From Myxococcota bacterium (lineage in GTDB: Bacteria > Myxococcota_A > Polyangia > Nannocystales > Nannocystaceae): a DNA stretch of 64,000 nucleotides. The position numbers and the translations under genes are program-made. The stretch is from positions 64,001-128,000 of the forward strand of contig JBCCHT010000035.1 of NCBI GenBank assembly GCA_039028615.1, written 5' to 3'. Under the pieces are notes generated by a model that worked only from the letters and a program-made list of their open reading frames with translations, was not told the DNA's origin and made no database searches. Below are positions 36,090 to 46,111 of the stretch, in pieces (the stretch's first letter is position 1; each line of letters opens with the position of its first letter).

Positions 36090-37730
36090 ATGAAACGACA
36101 AACCCTCCTCATCGCTTCGCTGGTCGCGTTGGGATGCCCCTCGGACGACACCGCGGGCACTGCGGATACCACCGACGGTTCGACGACGGACGCCGGCTCG
36201 ACCACGAACGAAGACTCCACCACGGGCAACGTCGAGACGACCGAGGACTCGACCTCCATCGGGTCGGTCGACTCTTCCTCGGGCTCGACCACGGACGACG
36301 AGGAGTGTGACGGCGAGCAGCTCGTCTGCGATGGCGACTGCATCGATCCCCTCACCGACGCGGAGTTCTGTGGCGCCTCGGGAGACTGCGAGGGCGACAA
36401 TGCGGGCACCGCGTGCGAGCGCGGGGCCGAGTGCATCGACGGAGATTGCGTCGACGGTGCCCAAGGGTGGGGCACAGAGGAGATCATCGACGCCGGGGGC
36501 TCATCGTTCTACCCGCGCATCGCCATGAACGCGCTGGGGCAGGCGATCGTGGTGTTCGAGGAAGAAGGGCCGCCCGTCTCCAACGGCCTGGCCAATCGCT
36601 TCGACCCCGATGCGTCGAGCTGGAGCGGAGCCGAACCTTTCGAGCTGGACGACATGGGAGACGTGTCGGACCCGGAGGTGGCCATCGATCCGGCCGGCAA
36701 TGCAGTCGCGGTGTGGGCGAGAAACGACGGGCCCAACCCGAGCCAGGCCCGCGCTGCCCGCTGGGACGAGGCCATGCAGACGTGGTCAGACGCAGCTCAG
36801 CTCGCCGCCCATACCAGCGAGCTCGACACTGGGGTGCTCATCGATGCCGACGGCAACGCGACCGCCGTCTACCGCCAGCAAGGCGGTGCCACCTCGACGG
36901 CCTTCGCTCGTCGTTTCGAGGCCGGAGGCAAGGGCTGGGACGCCCCCACCGACCTGGGCAGCATCTTCCCCGCCGACCTTCCGCAGCTGGCCGTGGACCC
37001 CGATGGCAACGTGACCACCGCCTGGACCCGGATCGCGGGCGGGCCGACCCTCGCGACACGACGGTGGGACGCCGCGACCTCGAGCTGGGCCGACGAGGCC
37101 CTGATGGACATGGCCGCTTCGGCCGATGCTCGTACCGCCCGGCTCACCGCGGATGCGCAAGGCAACGTCTTCGCCGTGTGGCAGTCCTTTGGCGACGACC
37201 ACATCATGGCCAACCGCTGGGATGCGGACGACGAAAGCTGGGGCACGAGCGAGATCATCAGCGATCCCACGCAGACGATCGCGGCGTTCCCCGAGGTCGC
37301 GACCGATGCGGCGGGCAACGCCATCGCCGTCTGGCACCATCGCGAGTCGAGCAACAAGGACCCGGCGCACGTGTACGCCAGCCGCTGGGATGCCGGCTCC
37401 GAGACGTGGAGTGCAGCCGAACCTGTCGATGGAGAGGAGGTCGCGACCGCGGCTCCCGACGTGGCCATGGATCCCGCTGGTAATGCGCTGGTGGTGTGGA
37501 TTGCTCGCGACGCCGCGGGAGCCCTGAACGTGGGGGGAGCGCGCTGGGACTCTGCGACCGGGGCCTGGGACGATCCCGAGACCATCGAGGACACTCCCGG
37601 CGACGTGTACGTGAACACCGAACTCGACCCCGGGCCGCAGGTGGCCATGGATGACGCAGGTCGAGGCTTGGTGGTCTGGTCGCAAGACGTCGACGGCACG
37701 CTGCGGGTCCTGGCTAACCGCTACGAATAG
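36090..37730 (+). CDS. Lipoprotein with S/T/D linker, Cys-rich module and repeated beta-propeller-like blades
   Basis: Lipobox ALGC; CDGDCIDPLTDAEFCG; repeated P.VA.D..GNA.AVW...ARWD units. Confidence 0.8.
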   Translation: MKRQTLLIASLVALGCPSDDTAGTADTTDGSTTDAGSTTNEDSTTGNVETTEDSTSIGSVDSSSGSTTDDEECDGEQLVCDGDCIDPLTDAEFCGASGDCEGDNAGTACERGAECIDGDCVDGAQGWGTEEIIDAGGSSFYPRIAMNALGQAIVVFEEEGPPVSNGLANRFDPDASSWSGAEPFELDDMGDVSDPEVAIDPAGNAVAVWARNDGPNPSQARAARWDEAMQTWSDAAQLAAHTSELDTGVLIDADGNATAVYRQQGGATSTAFARRFEAGGKGWDAPTDLGSIFPADLPQLAVDPDGNVTTAWTRIAGGPTLATRRWDAATSSWADEALMDMAASADARTARLTADAQGNVFAVWQSFGDDHIMANRWDADDESWGTSEIISDPTQTIAAFPEVATDAAGNAIAVWHHRESSNKDPAHVYASRWDAGSETWSAAEPVDGEEVATAAPDVAMDPAGNALVVWIARDAAGALNVGGARWDSATGAWDDPETIEDTPGDVYVNTELDPGPQVAMDDAGRGLVVWSQDVDGTLRVLANRYE

Positions 37731-37743
37731 AATGGGGCCCCAC

Positions 37744-37776
37744 CGTCACCGCCGCGGTGGGTCCGGGGCGGTGACG
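37744..37776 (+). terminator. Possible terminator hairpin
   Basis: 10-bp stem cgtcaccgcc / ggcggtgacg just after the stop at 37730. No U-tract. Confidence 0.4.
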
Positions 37777-37884
37777 AGCAGGCGCATGCGCGAAGGAACC
37801 AGAGGGGTCGCCAGCCCCCGTGCCTTCGTGCATCCCGACGCGATATGCTGAAACCCGGGACCCCGACCGGAGCACTCAATCATC

Positions 37885-38763
37885 ATGGTTCGTCGATCGA
37901 TCGGCACGGGTATCGGCTCGTGGCTCCTCCTGGCAGCATGCTCGGGCACGCCCGCGGCCAGCGACGCCCAGCCGCCCGCCGAGCCCGCTGCCCCTGAGCG
38001 AAGCTCCGGCGACGAAGCGGCGGCCATCCTCGTCGCTCGCATCGACTCCGCCTTGGACACGTGGAACGCCTCGTGCCCCAAGGCCAACGCCTACGGTGTG
38101 TGTGTCGAGTTCGTACCCGCGGAGTCGGCCGCCAGCCGATGCGAGCCGCCCCTCCTCGAAGCGGTCGTCGTCCACCCACGAGATGAACAGCGTGCCGCCG
38201 TCGCGCTGACCGAGCTGACCGAGGCAATGTCGATGGCTGGCTGTGAGTCGGAGCTCAGCTGCAGTCGCGAGGTTCTCGACCTGCAACCCGACGACCCCGA
38301 GCAAGCCCGCGCCCTGGGGCGGGCCCTGGCTGCCGCCCGGTTGGCTCGGGCCGACGCCGATCTCGAGGCCTACTTCTCGCTCGTGCGCCCGCGCGATCCA
38401 GCGGAGCACGAGGCGTACTACGAGACGATGTTTGCCCACGCCGATCGACTCCGCAACGACCTCACGCTGGTGAAGTCCTACGAGCGCGCCGACCAGGCCT
38501 CGACCGCACACGCAGCCCTGCGCCTCACCTGGGCCTTCCTGCACCTGGCCGATCAGCTGATGGACACCCCGTCGAGCGAGAGCGGGGCCGAAGACCCGGC
38601 CGCCCGCACCACGCAGTGCGACTCGAAGCGGGAGCGCGCGCAGGTCCTTCGTGGGTTCGCGTACGAGGCGGCGAAGTACTGCCGAGTGCGCGGCGACTCT
38701 TCGGGAGCGGCCGCCACGGCGCGCGCATGCGAAGACCTGCTGCAGCGGTTCGTCGTCGATTGA
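37885..38763 (+). CDS. Hypothetical lipoprotein
   Basis: Signal peptide with lipobox LAAC; helical, with several Cys residues. Confidence 0.7.
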   Translation: MVRRSIGTGIGSWLLLAACSGTPAASDAQPPAEPAAPERSSGDEAAAILVARIDSALDTWNASCPKANAYGVCVEFVPAESAASRCEPPLLEAVVVHPRDEQRAAVALTELTEAMSMAGCESELSCSREVLDLQPDDPEQARALGRALAAARLARADADLEAYFSLVRPRDPAEHEAYYETMFAHADRLRNDLTLVKSYERADQASTAHAALRLTWAFLHLADQLMDTPSSESGAEDPAARTTQCDSKRERAQVLRGFAYEAAKYCRVRGDSSGAAATARACEDLLQRFVVD

Positions 38764-38788
38764 GTTCACATGTTAGAAGCACGGTCGC

Positions 38789-39499
38789 GTGAGCGAGCCG
38801 GCCGCTTCGGATCGACCAACGCCGACCTCCCCCTCGGGTCGGGCCTGGCCGCACGTGCGCGCGCTGTTGGTCGCTCTGCACATCGTGGCCGTGCTGCTGC
38901 TGGCGATCCCAGACGCGGGCGGCGTGGCGCTCGAGCGCGCCTCGTGGAAGAACCCGACGGTACAAGCGGAGCTGTCGGCCTGGGCCGAACGCTTGAGCAC
39001 CCTCGGCTACCACACCGACACGGCGACGCTCGAGGGCGACGTGTACGCGGTGGCGAAGTCGTGGACGGGCACGCTGAAGGCCTTGCGCGTGCCCGTCCGG
39101 CCGTACTCGGACTATCTCGGGGTTCGGCAGACCTGGCGGATGTTCGTCGCCCCCCATCGGCACCCGGCCACGCTGCACGTGGACATCGAAGAGGATGGCC
39201 AATGGCGCCCCATCCACGTCGCTCGCTCCGATGAGTACGACTGGCGTCGCGGACAGCTCGATCACCCGCGCATGCGCTCGATGCTCTTTCGCTACGGCTG
39301 GAAGCGCTACGACCGGTACTACCGCGGGCTCACCCGCTGGCTGGCGACCCAGGCCGCCGGGGATTTCCCGCAGGCCACCCGCGTGCGCATCCGTATGTAC
39401 GGCTTTCGCACGCCCACGCCCGAAGAAGTTCGTGCCGACGCCATCCCCGAGGGCAAGTTCAAGCAGCAGCGGGTGTTCGCGGCGGAGGACCTGCGATGA
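38789..39499 (+). CDS. SdpA/DUF5819-like membrane-anchored protein
   Basis: One N-terminal TM helix; Q-T-W-R-M-F-V-A-P motif; ATGA-coupled to the HTTM gene. Confidence 0.6.
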   Translation: MSEPAASDRPTPTSPSGRAWPHVRALLVALHIVAVLLLAIPDAGGVALERASWKNPTVQAELSAWAERLSTLGYHTDTATLEGDVYAVAKSWTGTLKALRVPVRPYSDYLGVRQTWRMFVAPHRHPATLHVDIEEDGQWRPIHVARSDEYDWRRGQLDHPRMRSMLFRYGWKRYDRYYRGLTRWLATQAAGDFPQATRVRIRMYGFRTPTPEEVRADAIPEGKFKQQRVFAAEDLR

Positions 39500-40479
39500 G
39501 CGATGGCGGCGGGCGCCTGGCGAGGGCGTGGTCGCGCTGGGTCGCGCGGATCGATCGGCGCGAGCCCGGCACCGCACTGGCGCTGTTTCGCATCCTCACC
39601 GGTCTGTCGCTGTTGCTCGCGGTGGGCTCGGTGCTCGCCTCCGACCTGGTCACAGTGCTGTGGGTCGACGGCGGGCACGGGGGCTATCGCCCGCTGAAGG
39701 GCAACTGGCTCGTCCAGAGCCTCGGCGGGGCCACTCCGGGGGTCATCGGATGGCTGGTCGCCCTCGCGATGGCCGGCGGCGTCCTGCTCACCGTGGGCAT
39801 CCTGGCGCGCCCCAGCGCACTCGTGGCGGGGCAGGCCCTGATCGCGCTGTCGACCCTCAACGTGCACGGCCGCAGCAGCTACGACCCGCTGCTCATCAAC
39901 TCGTTGTGGCTGCTGGTGCTCGCCGACTCCACCGCCACGCACTCGCTCCGCTGCCGCCTGCGTTCCGACGGCTGGACCAGCGACGCCCTCGTCACCGCCT
40001 GGCCTCGCTATCTGGTCGTGCTGCAGCTGGCCGTGCTCTACACCTTCACCGGCCTGCACAAGATCTCGATCCACTGGACTCCGGCGGGCGGGTTCTCGGC
40101 GCTCTACTACATCCTGCAGCAACCCTCGTGGCAGCGCGGGGACATGACCTGGTTGGCCTCGGTCTACCCGCTGACGCAGCTCGGCACCGCGGTCACCTGG
40201 CTGTTCGAGTTGAGCTGGCCTGTGGTGCCGCTGGCGCTGTGGTGGCGGTCCACGGCCGATCGCGGGGGACGCCTGCGGCGATTGTTCAATCGGCTCCCGA
40301 TCCGTGCCGTCTATGTTGCAGTCGGCCTGGTGATGCACCTTTCGATCTTCGCGCTGATGGAGGTCGGCCCCTTCAGCTGGGTCACCCTGGCCTACTACCC
40401 CTGCCTGTTTCGCGCCTCCGAGCTGGCGAACGGATGGGCACGGCTGACCGGGCGTCTTCGGCGGCGAGCGTCCGCCTGA
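39496..40479 (+). CDS. HTTM-domain (SdpB / gamma-carboxylase-like) membrane protein
   Basis: LALFRI, LQLAVLYTFTGLHK..W..G..LYY, TWLFEL, MHLSIFALMEVGPFSW; multiple TM helices. Confidence 0.85.
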   Translation: MSDGGGRLARAWSRWVARIDRREPGTALALFRILTGLSLLLAVGSVLASDLVTVLWVDGGHGGYRPLKGNWLVQSLGGATPGVIGWLVALAMAGGVLLTVGILARPSALVAGQALIALSTLNVHGRSSYDPLLINSLWLLVLADSTATHSLRCRLRSDGWTSDALVTAWPRYLVVLQLAVLYTFTGLHKISIHWTPAGGFSALYYILQQPSWQRGDMTWLASVYPLTQLGTAVTWLFELSWPVVPLALWWRSTADRGGRLRRLFNRLPIRAVYVAVGLVMHLSIFALMEVGPFSWVTLAYYPCLFRASELANGWARLTGRLRRRASA

Positions 40480-40501
40480 GGCCGGCTATACTGAGTCGTC
40501 G

Positions 40502-42883
40502 ATGCGCCTGCCCCCGCTCCTTCGACGGGCCGTCACCGAGCCCCGACTCCGCCGCCGTGTGTTCGTCACTGCGCTGGCGATCGCGGTGAGCCCCCTGCCC
40601 TTGGTCGGCACGCTGGGCTACGAGCACGGCTTACTGTTCACCGCCCCGATGTCGTTGCTCGGCCTGGGGGCGGGTGTCGATGCGGCGCGGCGGGTCCAAG
40701 CCTCGAACGATTCCGAAGAAGAACTGGCCTCGTTCGTGAACCGGGCGGGCCCGCTGATGCTCATGGAAGTGCTGGCGCTGGTGGGCCTCGTACTCGCCGT
40801 GCAGCTCGTCGCTCAGCTGTACAACCCCACCTGCGACCTCCTCGAGGGGTTGGCCTTCTTTGGACTGGGGCCCGTGCTCTCCGGGCTGCTGGGAGGCGTG
40901 TGCGGACTCTGGGGTGCGGTCGTAGCCTCGAAACGCCACCGCCGACGTCAGCTGCTGATCGGGTCGTTGCCGATGGTGGCCAGCCTGATCATCGGCGTGC
41001 GCCGGATCTATGCCGACCCGGTGGTCTTCGTCCACGATCCCTTCTGGGCGTACTTTGCCGGTCCCCTCTACGACGAGGCCGTGGCCGTCACTCCGCGCTA
41101 CGTGTGGTTTCGCGTCTACAACGTGGCCACCGCTCTCGCGGCCGTGCTCGCCCTGCACCTGTGGGCGCTCCCCTCCGGCCGTCTCGGGTCGCTCGGGCGG
41201 GTGAAGTCGCGCCCGTGGTCCGCCGCCGCCTTGGCCACGCTCGTGACCGTGAGCGGATGGTTCGGCCTGCAGCCGGAGCGGCACCACTTCCATGCCACCG
41301 TCGACAGCCTCGCCACCGAGCTTCCCGGCACGCTCACCACCGAGCACTTCGTGATCCACTACGACCCGCGGGGTCCCGCTGCGCAGCACCTCGAGCTGGT
41401 CGCCGCCGAGCACGAATTCGCGTGGCATCGCCTGGCCTCTCGGCTCGGCCGCGAACCCGAGGTCCCCGTGCACAGCTTCGTGTTCCCCGATTCCGACCGC
41501 AAACGGGTGCTGATGGGCGCGGGCCGGACCGAGGTCTCCCCTCCGTGGCGTGGGCACCTGTACCTCAACGACAGCCCGTTTCCGCATCGGGTGCTGCACC
41601 ACGAGCTCGCGCATTCGTTCTCGGCCCCCCTGGGCGATCCGCTGCTCGGCATCGCCGGGGACATCGGCCTTGGGGGCGTGCGCATCAACTTGGCGCTGGT
41701 CGAAGGCTTCGCCGAAGCGCTCGCCCAGCGCCCGCGCGTGGGACTCGACCTGCACGACCAGGCGGCCGTGCTGCACCGCCTCGAGAAGCGCCCGCCGCTC
41801 GAGTCGTTGATGGGTCTCTCGTTCTGGGGAAAGTCCTCTCGGCATGCCTACGCCGCGGCCGGCTCGTTCTGCCTGTGGCTCGCCGAGACCCGCGGCATCG
41901 ATCGGCTGGCCACGCTGTACGGCAACGCGGGGGACTTCGAGCCCGCCTATGGGGTGCCGCTGTCCGAGCTCGAAGCCGAGTGGATCGAGTTCCTCGAGCA
42001 GCGACCCATCCGCCCGCGCGACATCGAGGCCCAGCGTCAGCGCTACAAGAAGCGAGCGATCTTCCAACGGCCCTGTGCGCACCGTTCGGCCAACCTCCGC
42101 AAGGAAGCCCGCCACGCCACGGCTCGGGGCGATCACGAGGGCAGCGTCGAGCGGCTGGAGACGGTGTGCGCCATCGAGCCGCAGCGCACGCAGCATCGAA
42201 TCACCCTCGCGATGGCACAGGCGCGAGCCGGTCATGCCGACGACGCCCTCGCCACCCTCGAGGATGCCGCCCAGACCCCGGACCTGACCCACACCCTGGC
42301 CTCGGCCATCGACGAGCGTCTCGGTGATCTGGCCGCCAGCTCCGGCGACCTCGCCTCGGCCCGCGCCTACTATCAGCAGGCCCAGTCGCGCAGCGTCTCG
42401 GAGCGAGTCGCCCGCACGCTGCAGGTCAAAGAACGCAGCACTCGGGACCCGCAGCTGGCCGCGTTGGTGCTCGAGTACTTCGGTCCCTTCGAGGCGACCC
42501 AGAGCCCTGCCGCTCGGGCAGCGCTGAAGGTGTACATGGCCACTCGGATCGCCGAGCTCGAATCACAGGCCCCGCTGGGCTCGTACCTGCTCGGGCAGCA
42601 GTTGCTCTCGCTGCATCGCGGGCCCGAGGCCGCCGAAGCGTTCGGACGTGCGCTGGCTCCCGCTGACGGAGACGAGCCGCTGCACACCGCCGAGCTGCGT
42701 CGCGCCGCACGAGAGGGCCTGCTCAACGCTCACGTGCGCAATCGAGACTACGCCGAGGCCGAGGCCGTGCTCGAGCCGCTGGTGGCCGACCCCGAGATCG
42801 GCAACGGCCATCGCTACACCTACCAGCTGTGGTCCGAGCGCATCGAGTTCTTCCGCGAGTATCGGCCCCCAACCACGCGCTAG
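40502..42883 (+). CDS. Polytopic membrane protein with gluzincin (peptidase MA-like) domain and TPRs
   Basis: About seven TM helices, HELAH plus downstream EGFAE, and C-terminal TPR-like helices. Confidence 0.8.
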   Translation: MRLPPLLRRAVTEPRLRRRVFVTALAIAVSPLPLVGTLGYEHGLLFTAPMSLLGLGAGVDAARRVQASNDSEEELASFVNRAGPLMLMEVLALVGLVLAVQLVAQLYNPTCDLLEGLAFFGLGPVLSGLLGGVCGLWGAVVASKRHRRRQLLIGSLPMVASLIIGVRRIYADPVVFVHDPFWAYFAGPLYDEAVAVTPRYVWFRVYNVATALAAVLALHLWALPSGRLGSLGRVKSRPWSAAALATLVTVSGWFGLQPERHHFHATVDSLATELPGTLTTEHFVIHYDPRGPAAQHLELVAAEHEFAWHRLASRLGREPEVPVHSFVFPDSDRKRVLMGAGRTEVSPPWRGHLYLNDSPFPHRVLHHELAHSFSAPLGDPLLGIAGDIGLGGVRINLALVEGFAEALAQRPRVGLDLHDQAAVLHRLEKRPPLESLMGLSFWGKSSRHAYAAAGSFCLWLAETRGIDRLATLYGNAGDFEPAYGVPLSELEAEWIEFLEQRPIRPRDIEAQRQRYKKRAIFQRPCAHRSANLRKEARHATARGDHEGSVERLETVCAIEPQRTQHRITLAMAQARAGHADDALATLEDAAQTPDLTHTLASAIDERLGDLAASSGDLASARAYYQQAQSRSVSERVARTLQVKERSTRDPQLAALVLEYFGPFEATQSPAARAALKVYMATRIAELESQAPLGSYLLGQQLLSLHRGPEAAEAFGRALAPADGDEPLHTAELRRAAREGLLNAHVRNRDYAEAEAVLEPLVADPEIGNGHRYTYQLWSERIEFFREYRPPTTR

Positions 42884-42979
42884 CGCCCTTGTCGGGGTCA
42901 TGAGTTCACTCGCCGGGGCCGAATCCGCGCCGCTCACAATTTCTGCAATCGAATTCGCGACGGGTGTGACGAGCCCGGC

Positions 42980-44482
42980 GTGAGAACCAAGACCCCCACG
43001 TTGTTGTGCGCCGCCATCGCCGTACTCGGCTCGATCACGGCGTGCGACACCCCCCTCGATGGCGAGCTCGACGCGGGCATCGAGGTCGGGCCCCGACTCT
43101 ACGGCAACACCAGCTACTACTGGCCGGGCGAGCCCCCGATGATCCCCGTGTGCTGGGAGAACCCCGCGGCCGCCAGCGCAGAGCGACGCGGCTGGGTACG
43201 CGACGCCATCCAGTCGAACTGGACTCGATACGCCCGCGTCAACTTCGTGCAGTGGGACACCTGCACCTCGGACGAGGCCGGCCTGCACATCAACATCCAA
43301 GACGCGCGCTCGTCTGCGCCCGGCGGCGTGCTCCTGGACGGAGTCGACGACGGCATGACCCTCAACCTGTCCTACGACAGCTGGGGCCCAGACTGGTGCC
43401 GACAGAACGAGGCCAACCGCGAGCACTGCGTTCGTGCCGTCGCCCTCCACGAGTTCGGACACGTGCTCGGCTTCCATCACGAGGAAGAGCGACCCGACTA
43501 CGTCGAGCCGCCCGGGCTCCCCGCCGGTCACGCTTGCGAGGACCAAGACTGGGACAACCCCAACCCCCACCCCCTCGGGGCCTACGACGTCGACTCGGTC
43601 ATGAGCTACTGCGGGCAGCCCTTCGACGACCCCGCCTCGTGGAAGACCACCCTCTCGCCCGGCGACATCGCAGCCGTGCAGAGTGCGTATGGTCGACGCA
43701 TCGCCGGGAGCACCGTCTCCACACGCGGCGCCTGCATGGCCGCCCACGCCGACGCCCCCAACGGCGCAGACGTCTTCATGTGGGACTGCGACGAAGCCCA
43801 CGACGACCAGGAGTGGATCCGCGACGGCGACCACCTCATGCTCGCTCCCAATCGCTGCATGGAGACCGGGGGCGGCGTCGGTTCCGACGGTCGCCTGTGG
43901 AGCTGCGACTCCTTCTCCATGCAGGACTGGGCCTTCGAGAACATCCAGGTCCGCGGTTGGGGCGGCCTGTGCCTCGACCTGCAAAACGGCGACACCACCC
44001 CGTGGACCAACATCCAGATGTGGGACTGCGACGCGCTGGGTGGCGCCAACCAGGAGTGGACGATCACCGACAGCGGCGAGATTCGCTTCGGCGGCCCCGG
44101 CTCCGACAGCTGCGTGACCGCCTACGCCGGCCAAGTCTTCATCCACAGCTGCGACTACCCCTACTACCAGCAGTTCGACTTCCTGCCCGGCGGAGAGATT
44201 CGCCCCCGAAACCAAGCCGGCCTCTGCCTCGACGTACAGGCCTGGACCACCGCCGAGTACCTCGCGGGCAACGGCCTGCCCGGCAACGGCGACAACGTCC
44301 AGACCTTCTCGTGCTGGGCCGACCAGCTCAACCAGAAGTGGAACTTCACCGGTCGCGTGCACCAGTCGAGCTCCAACCTGTGCCTCGACCGCGAGAACAA
44401 CGGCACGCACAACGGCACGCGGGTGCAGTCGTTTACGTGTAACGAGACCTCCGCGCAGGTCTGGGACTACTACTTCAAGTAG
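42980..44482 (+). CDS. Lipoprotein zinc metalloprotease (metzincin) with ricin-B lectin domains
   Basis: Lipobox ITAC; HEFGHVLGFHHE, Met-turn SVMSY; CLDL, QMWDC, NQEW and NQKW ricin motifs. Confidence 0.9.
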   Translation: MRTKTPTLLCAAIAVLGSITACDTPLDGELDAGIEVGPRLYGNTSYYWPGEPPMIPVCWENPAAASAERRGWVRDAIQSNWTRYARVNFVQWDTCTSDEAGLHINIQDARSSAPGGVLLDGVDDGMTLNLSYDSWGPDWCRQNEANREHCVRAVALHEFGHVLGFHHEEERPDYVEPPGLPAGHACEDQDWDNPNPHPLGAYDVDSVMSYCGQPFDDPASWKTTLSPGDIAAVQSAYGRRIAGSTVSTRGACMAAHADAPNGADVFMWDCDEAHDDQEWIRDGDHLMLAPNRCMETGGGVGSDGRLWSCDSFSMQDWAFENIQVRGWGGLCLDLQNGDTTPWTNIQMWDCDALGGANQEWTITDSGEIRFGGPGSDSCVTAYAGQVFIHSCDYPYYQQFDFLPGGEIRPRNQAGLCLDVQAWTTAEYLAGNGLPGNGDNVQTFSCWADQLNQKWNFTGRVHQSSSNLCLDRENNGTHNGTRVQSFTCNETSAQVWDYYFK

Positions 44483-44601
44483 CCGCTCGTGGGCGTGAGC
44501 CGCCCCGCGGTTACGCACGAGAAGCAGTGGGTGTCAGAGACGATCGAGGGCCGACTTGCGCCGAGCAGGCCGGCCCTCGACGGCGCGTTCGCAAACGGGG
44601 C

Positions 44602-45342
44602 TCAAAGCTCGATGCTGGCGTCCTTCGGGCGGTCTATGGCCAGTAAGGCCTGTCGTTCTTCCGCGCGCACGAGCGACTGGCGGAAGGACACCTGTCGGAG
44701 CGCGGAGTCTCGCATCGAGGCGATGATCGTGGCCGCGCCCTTGGCCGTCAGGTACGTGCTGGATAGGTCCACCATCGTCAGGGATTCGAGTTTCGCGCTC
44801 GCAATGACGGCGGCCGCGCCATCCTGCACGAAGTTGCCGCACAGGTTGAGGAGCCGCAGGCCAGCAGCGCAGGGCGCCTCGGCGAGGGCCTCGACGGTGG
44901 CCTCCGTGACTCCACTCTTCCACAGGTGGAGCCCTTCCAGGCCGCTCAGGTGTGGCGAGGTGACGAGAGCGCGAGTCGCATCGTCGCCGAACTCGGCCAG
45001 GCTCATGTCGAGAGTCCGGACGTGCTGTAGCTGGGGCGCGCGTCCGAGGGCGGCCACTTCCTGCTCCTCGAGAGACTGACACTGCAAGCTGAAGTAGACG
45101 TGAGCGTCACGGGGGAGCTCGGGGGCGACGAGCTCGAGTTCGGCCAAACTCCGGACCTCGAACACCGCGCTGCCCTTTGCCGCCGTATGGGCCAGACGCA
45201 TCGGCGATGGGCTCCGAGATGCCTGGAACCCGTCGGTGCATGCCTGCAAGGCCGAGGGATCGAGCTCGGAGCTCCCGTCCCGTTCGGAGCGAAGGGCAGC
45301 AATGGCTGCCGCCAGCCTCTCGATCTCGTCGTCGGAACTCAC
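44602..45342 (-). CDS. Leucine-rich repeat protein (ribonuclease-inhibitor-like)
   Basis: Repeats such as VRTLDMS..FGDD, LEGLHLWKSGVT, LRLLNLCGNFVQDG, LTMVDLSSTYLT. Confidence 0.75.
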   Translation of the reverse strand: MSSDDEIERLAAAIAALRSERDGSSELDPSALQACTDGFQASRSPSPMRLAHTAAKGSAVFEVRSLAELELVAPELPRDAHVYFSLQCQSLEEQEVAALGRAPQLQHVRTLDMSLAEFGDDATRALVTSPHLSGLEGLHLWKSGVTEATVEALAEAPCAAGLRLLNLCGNFVQDGAAAVIASAKLESLTMVDLSSTYLTAKGAATIIASMRDSALRQVSFRQSLVRAEERQALLAIDRPKDASIEL

Positions 45343-45409
45343 GGTGAAGGACTATAGCGTTCTTCGTACAGCCCGCGACGGTTCCGCTCCCATAGCGACG
45401 GTTCGTCGT

Positions 45410-46033
45410 TCACGGCATGCCCCACGCCTTCTCGAACGAGGGGCGCTGTTGGAATCGCGCGAGCCATTTCTCGACGTGGTCATGCCCCTCGGTGCTCACA
45501 CCAACGAACGCCGCATGGCTGACGCCCCCGGCCACGATGAGATCGACGAGCGTGAAGTGGTCTCCCACCAGATGGTCACGCGTGGCGAGGCGTGCATCGA
45601 GGATCGCGAGGAGGTCCTGCAGCTCACGACGCGCCAGCTCGGCCTGGCCTTCGTGGCGGAACGAGGCATCGACCCGTTCGCCGGTCGCCAGGTGTAGCTG
45701 CTTGAACGCGCTGGAGAAGGTCACATACATCCACGTGCTCCACGAAAGCGCCTCGAGTCGTTCGGGCGCGTTCGGGGCCGGCCACAGGCCGCGCTCCACC
45801 CCGTAGCGGTCGCCGAGCCATTGCAGGATCGCCAGCGCCTCGAACATCGGCGTACCGTCTACGACCAGCGTGGGCACCTTGCCGTTGGGATTTCGCGCCA
45901 GGAACTCCGCCTTCTTCTGATCGCCGGCCTGTAGATCGAGCAGCACCAGCTCGTGGGGCACCTGGAGTTCCTCCATCGCGTGAACGACGGGGATGGCGCT
46001 GGACATGGGGGCGGCATAGAGGGTGATGGTCAT
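45410..46033 (-). CDS. Glutathione S-transferase family protein
   Basis: NPNGKVPTL, FEALAILQWL, GDHFTLVDL. ATG at 46033 preferred. Confidence 0.92.
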   Translation of the reverse strand: MTITLYAAPMSSAIPVVHAMEELQVPHELVLLDLQAGDQKKAEFLARNPNGKVPTLVVDGTPMFEALAILQWLGDRYGVERGLWPAPNAPERLEALSWSTWMYVTFSSAFKQLHLATGERVDASFRHEGQAELARRELQDLLAILDARLATRDHLVGDHFTLVDLIVAGGVSHAAFVGVSTEGHDHVEKWLARFQQRPSFEKAWGMP

Positions 46034-46067
46034 TTTCGGGTTCTCCTCGGCCGCCACGCTACGACCA

Positions 46068-46092
46068 ATTGCGGACAGAATCGGTCCTCAAT
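46068..46092. promoter_or_regulatory. Putative operator of the WYL regulator
   Basis: Inverted repeat ATTGCGGAC-N7-GTCCTCAAT (8/9 match) in the 78-bp gap between the divergent GST and WYL genes. Confidence 0.6.
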
Positions 46093-46111
46093 CGATCGTA
46101 GACTTCGCACC

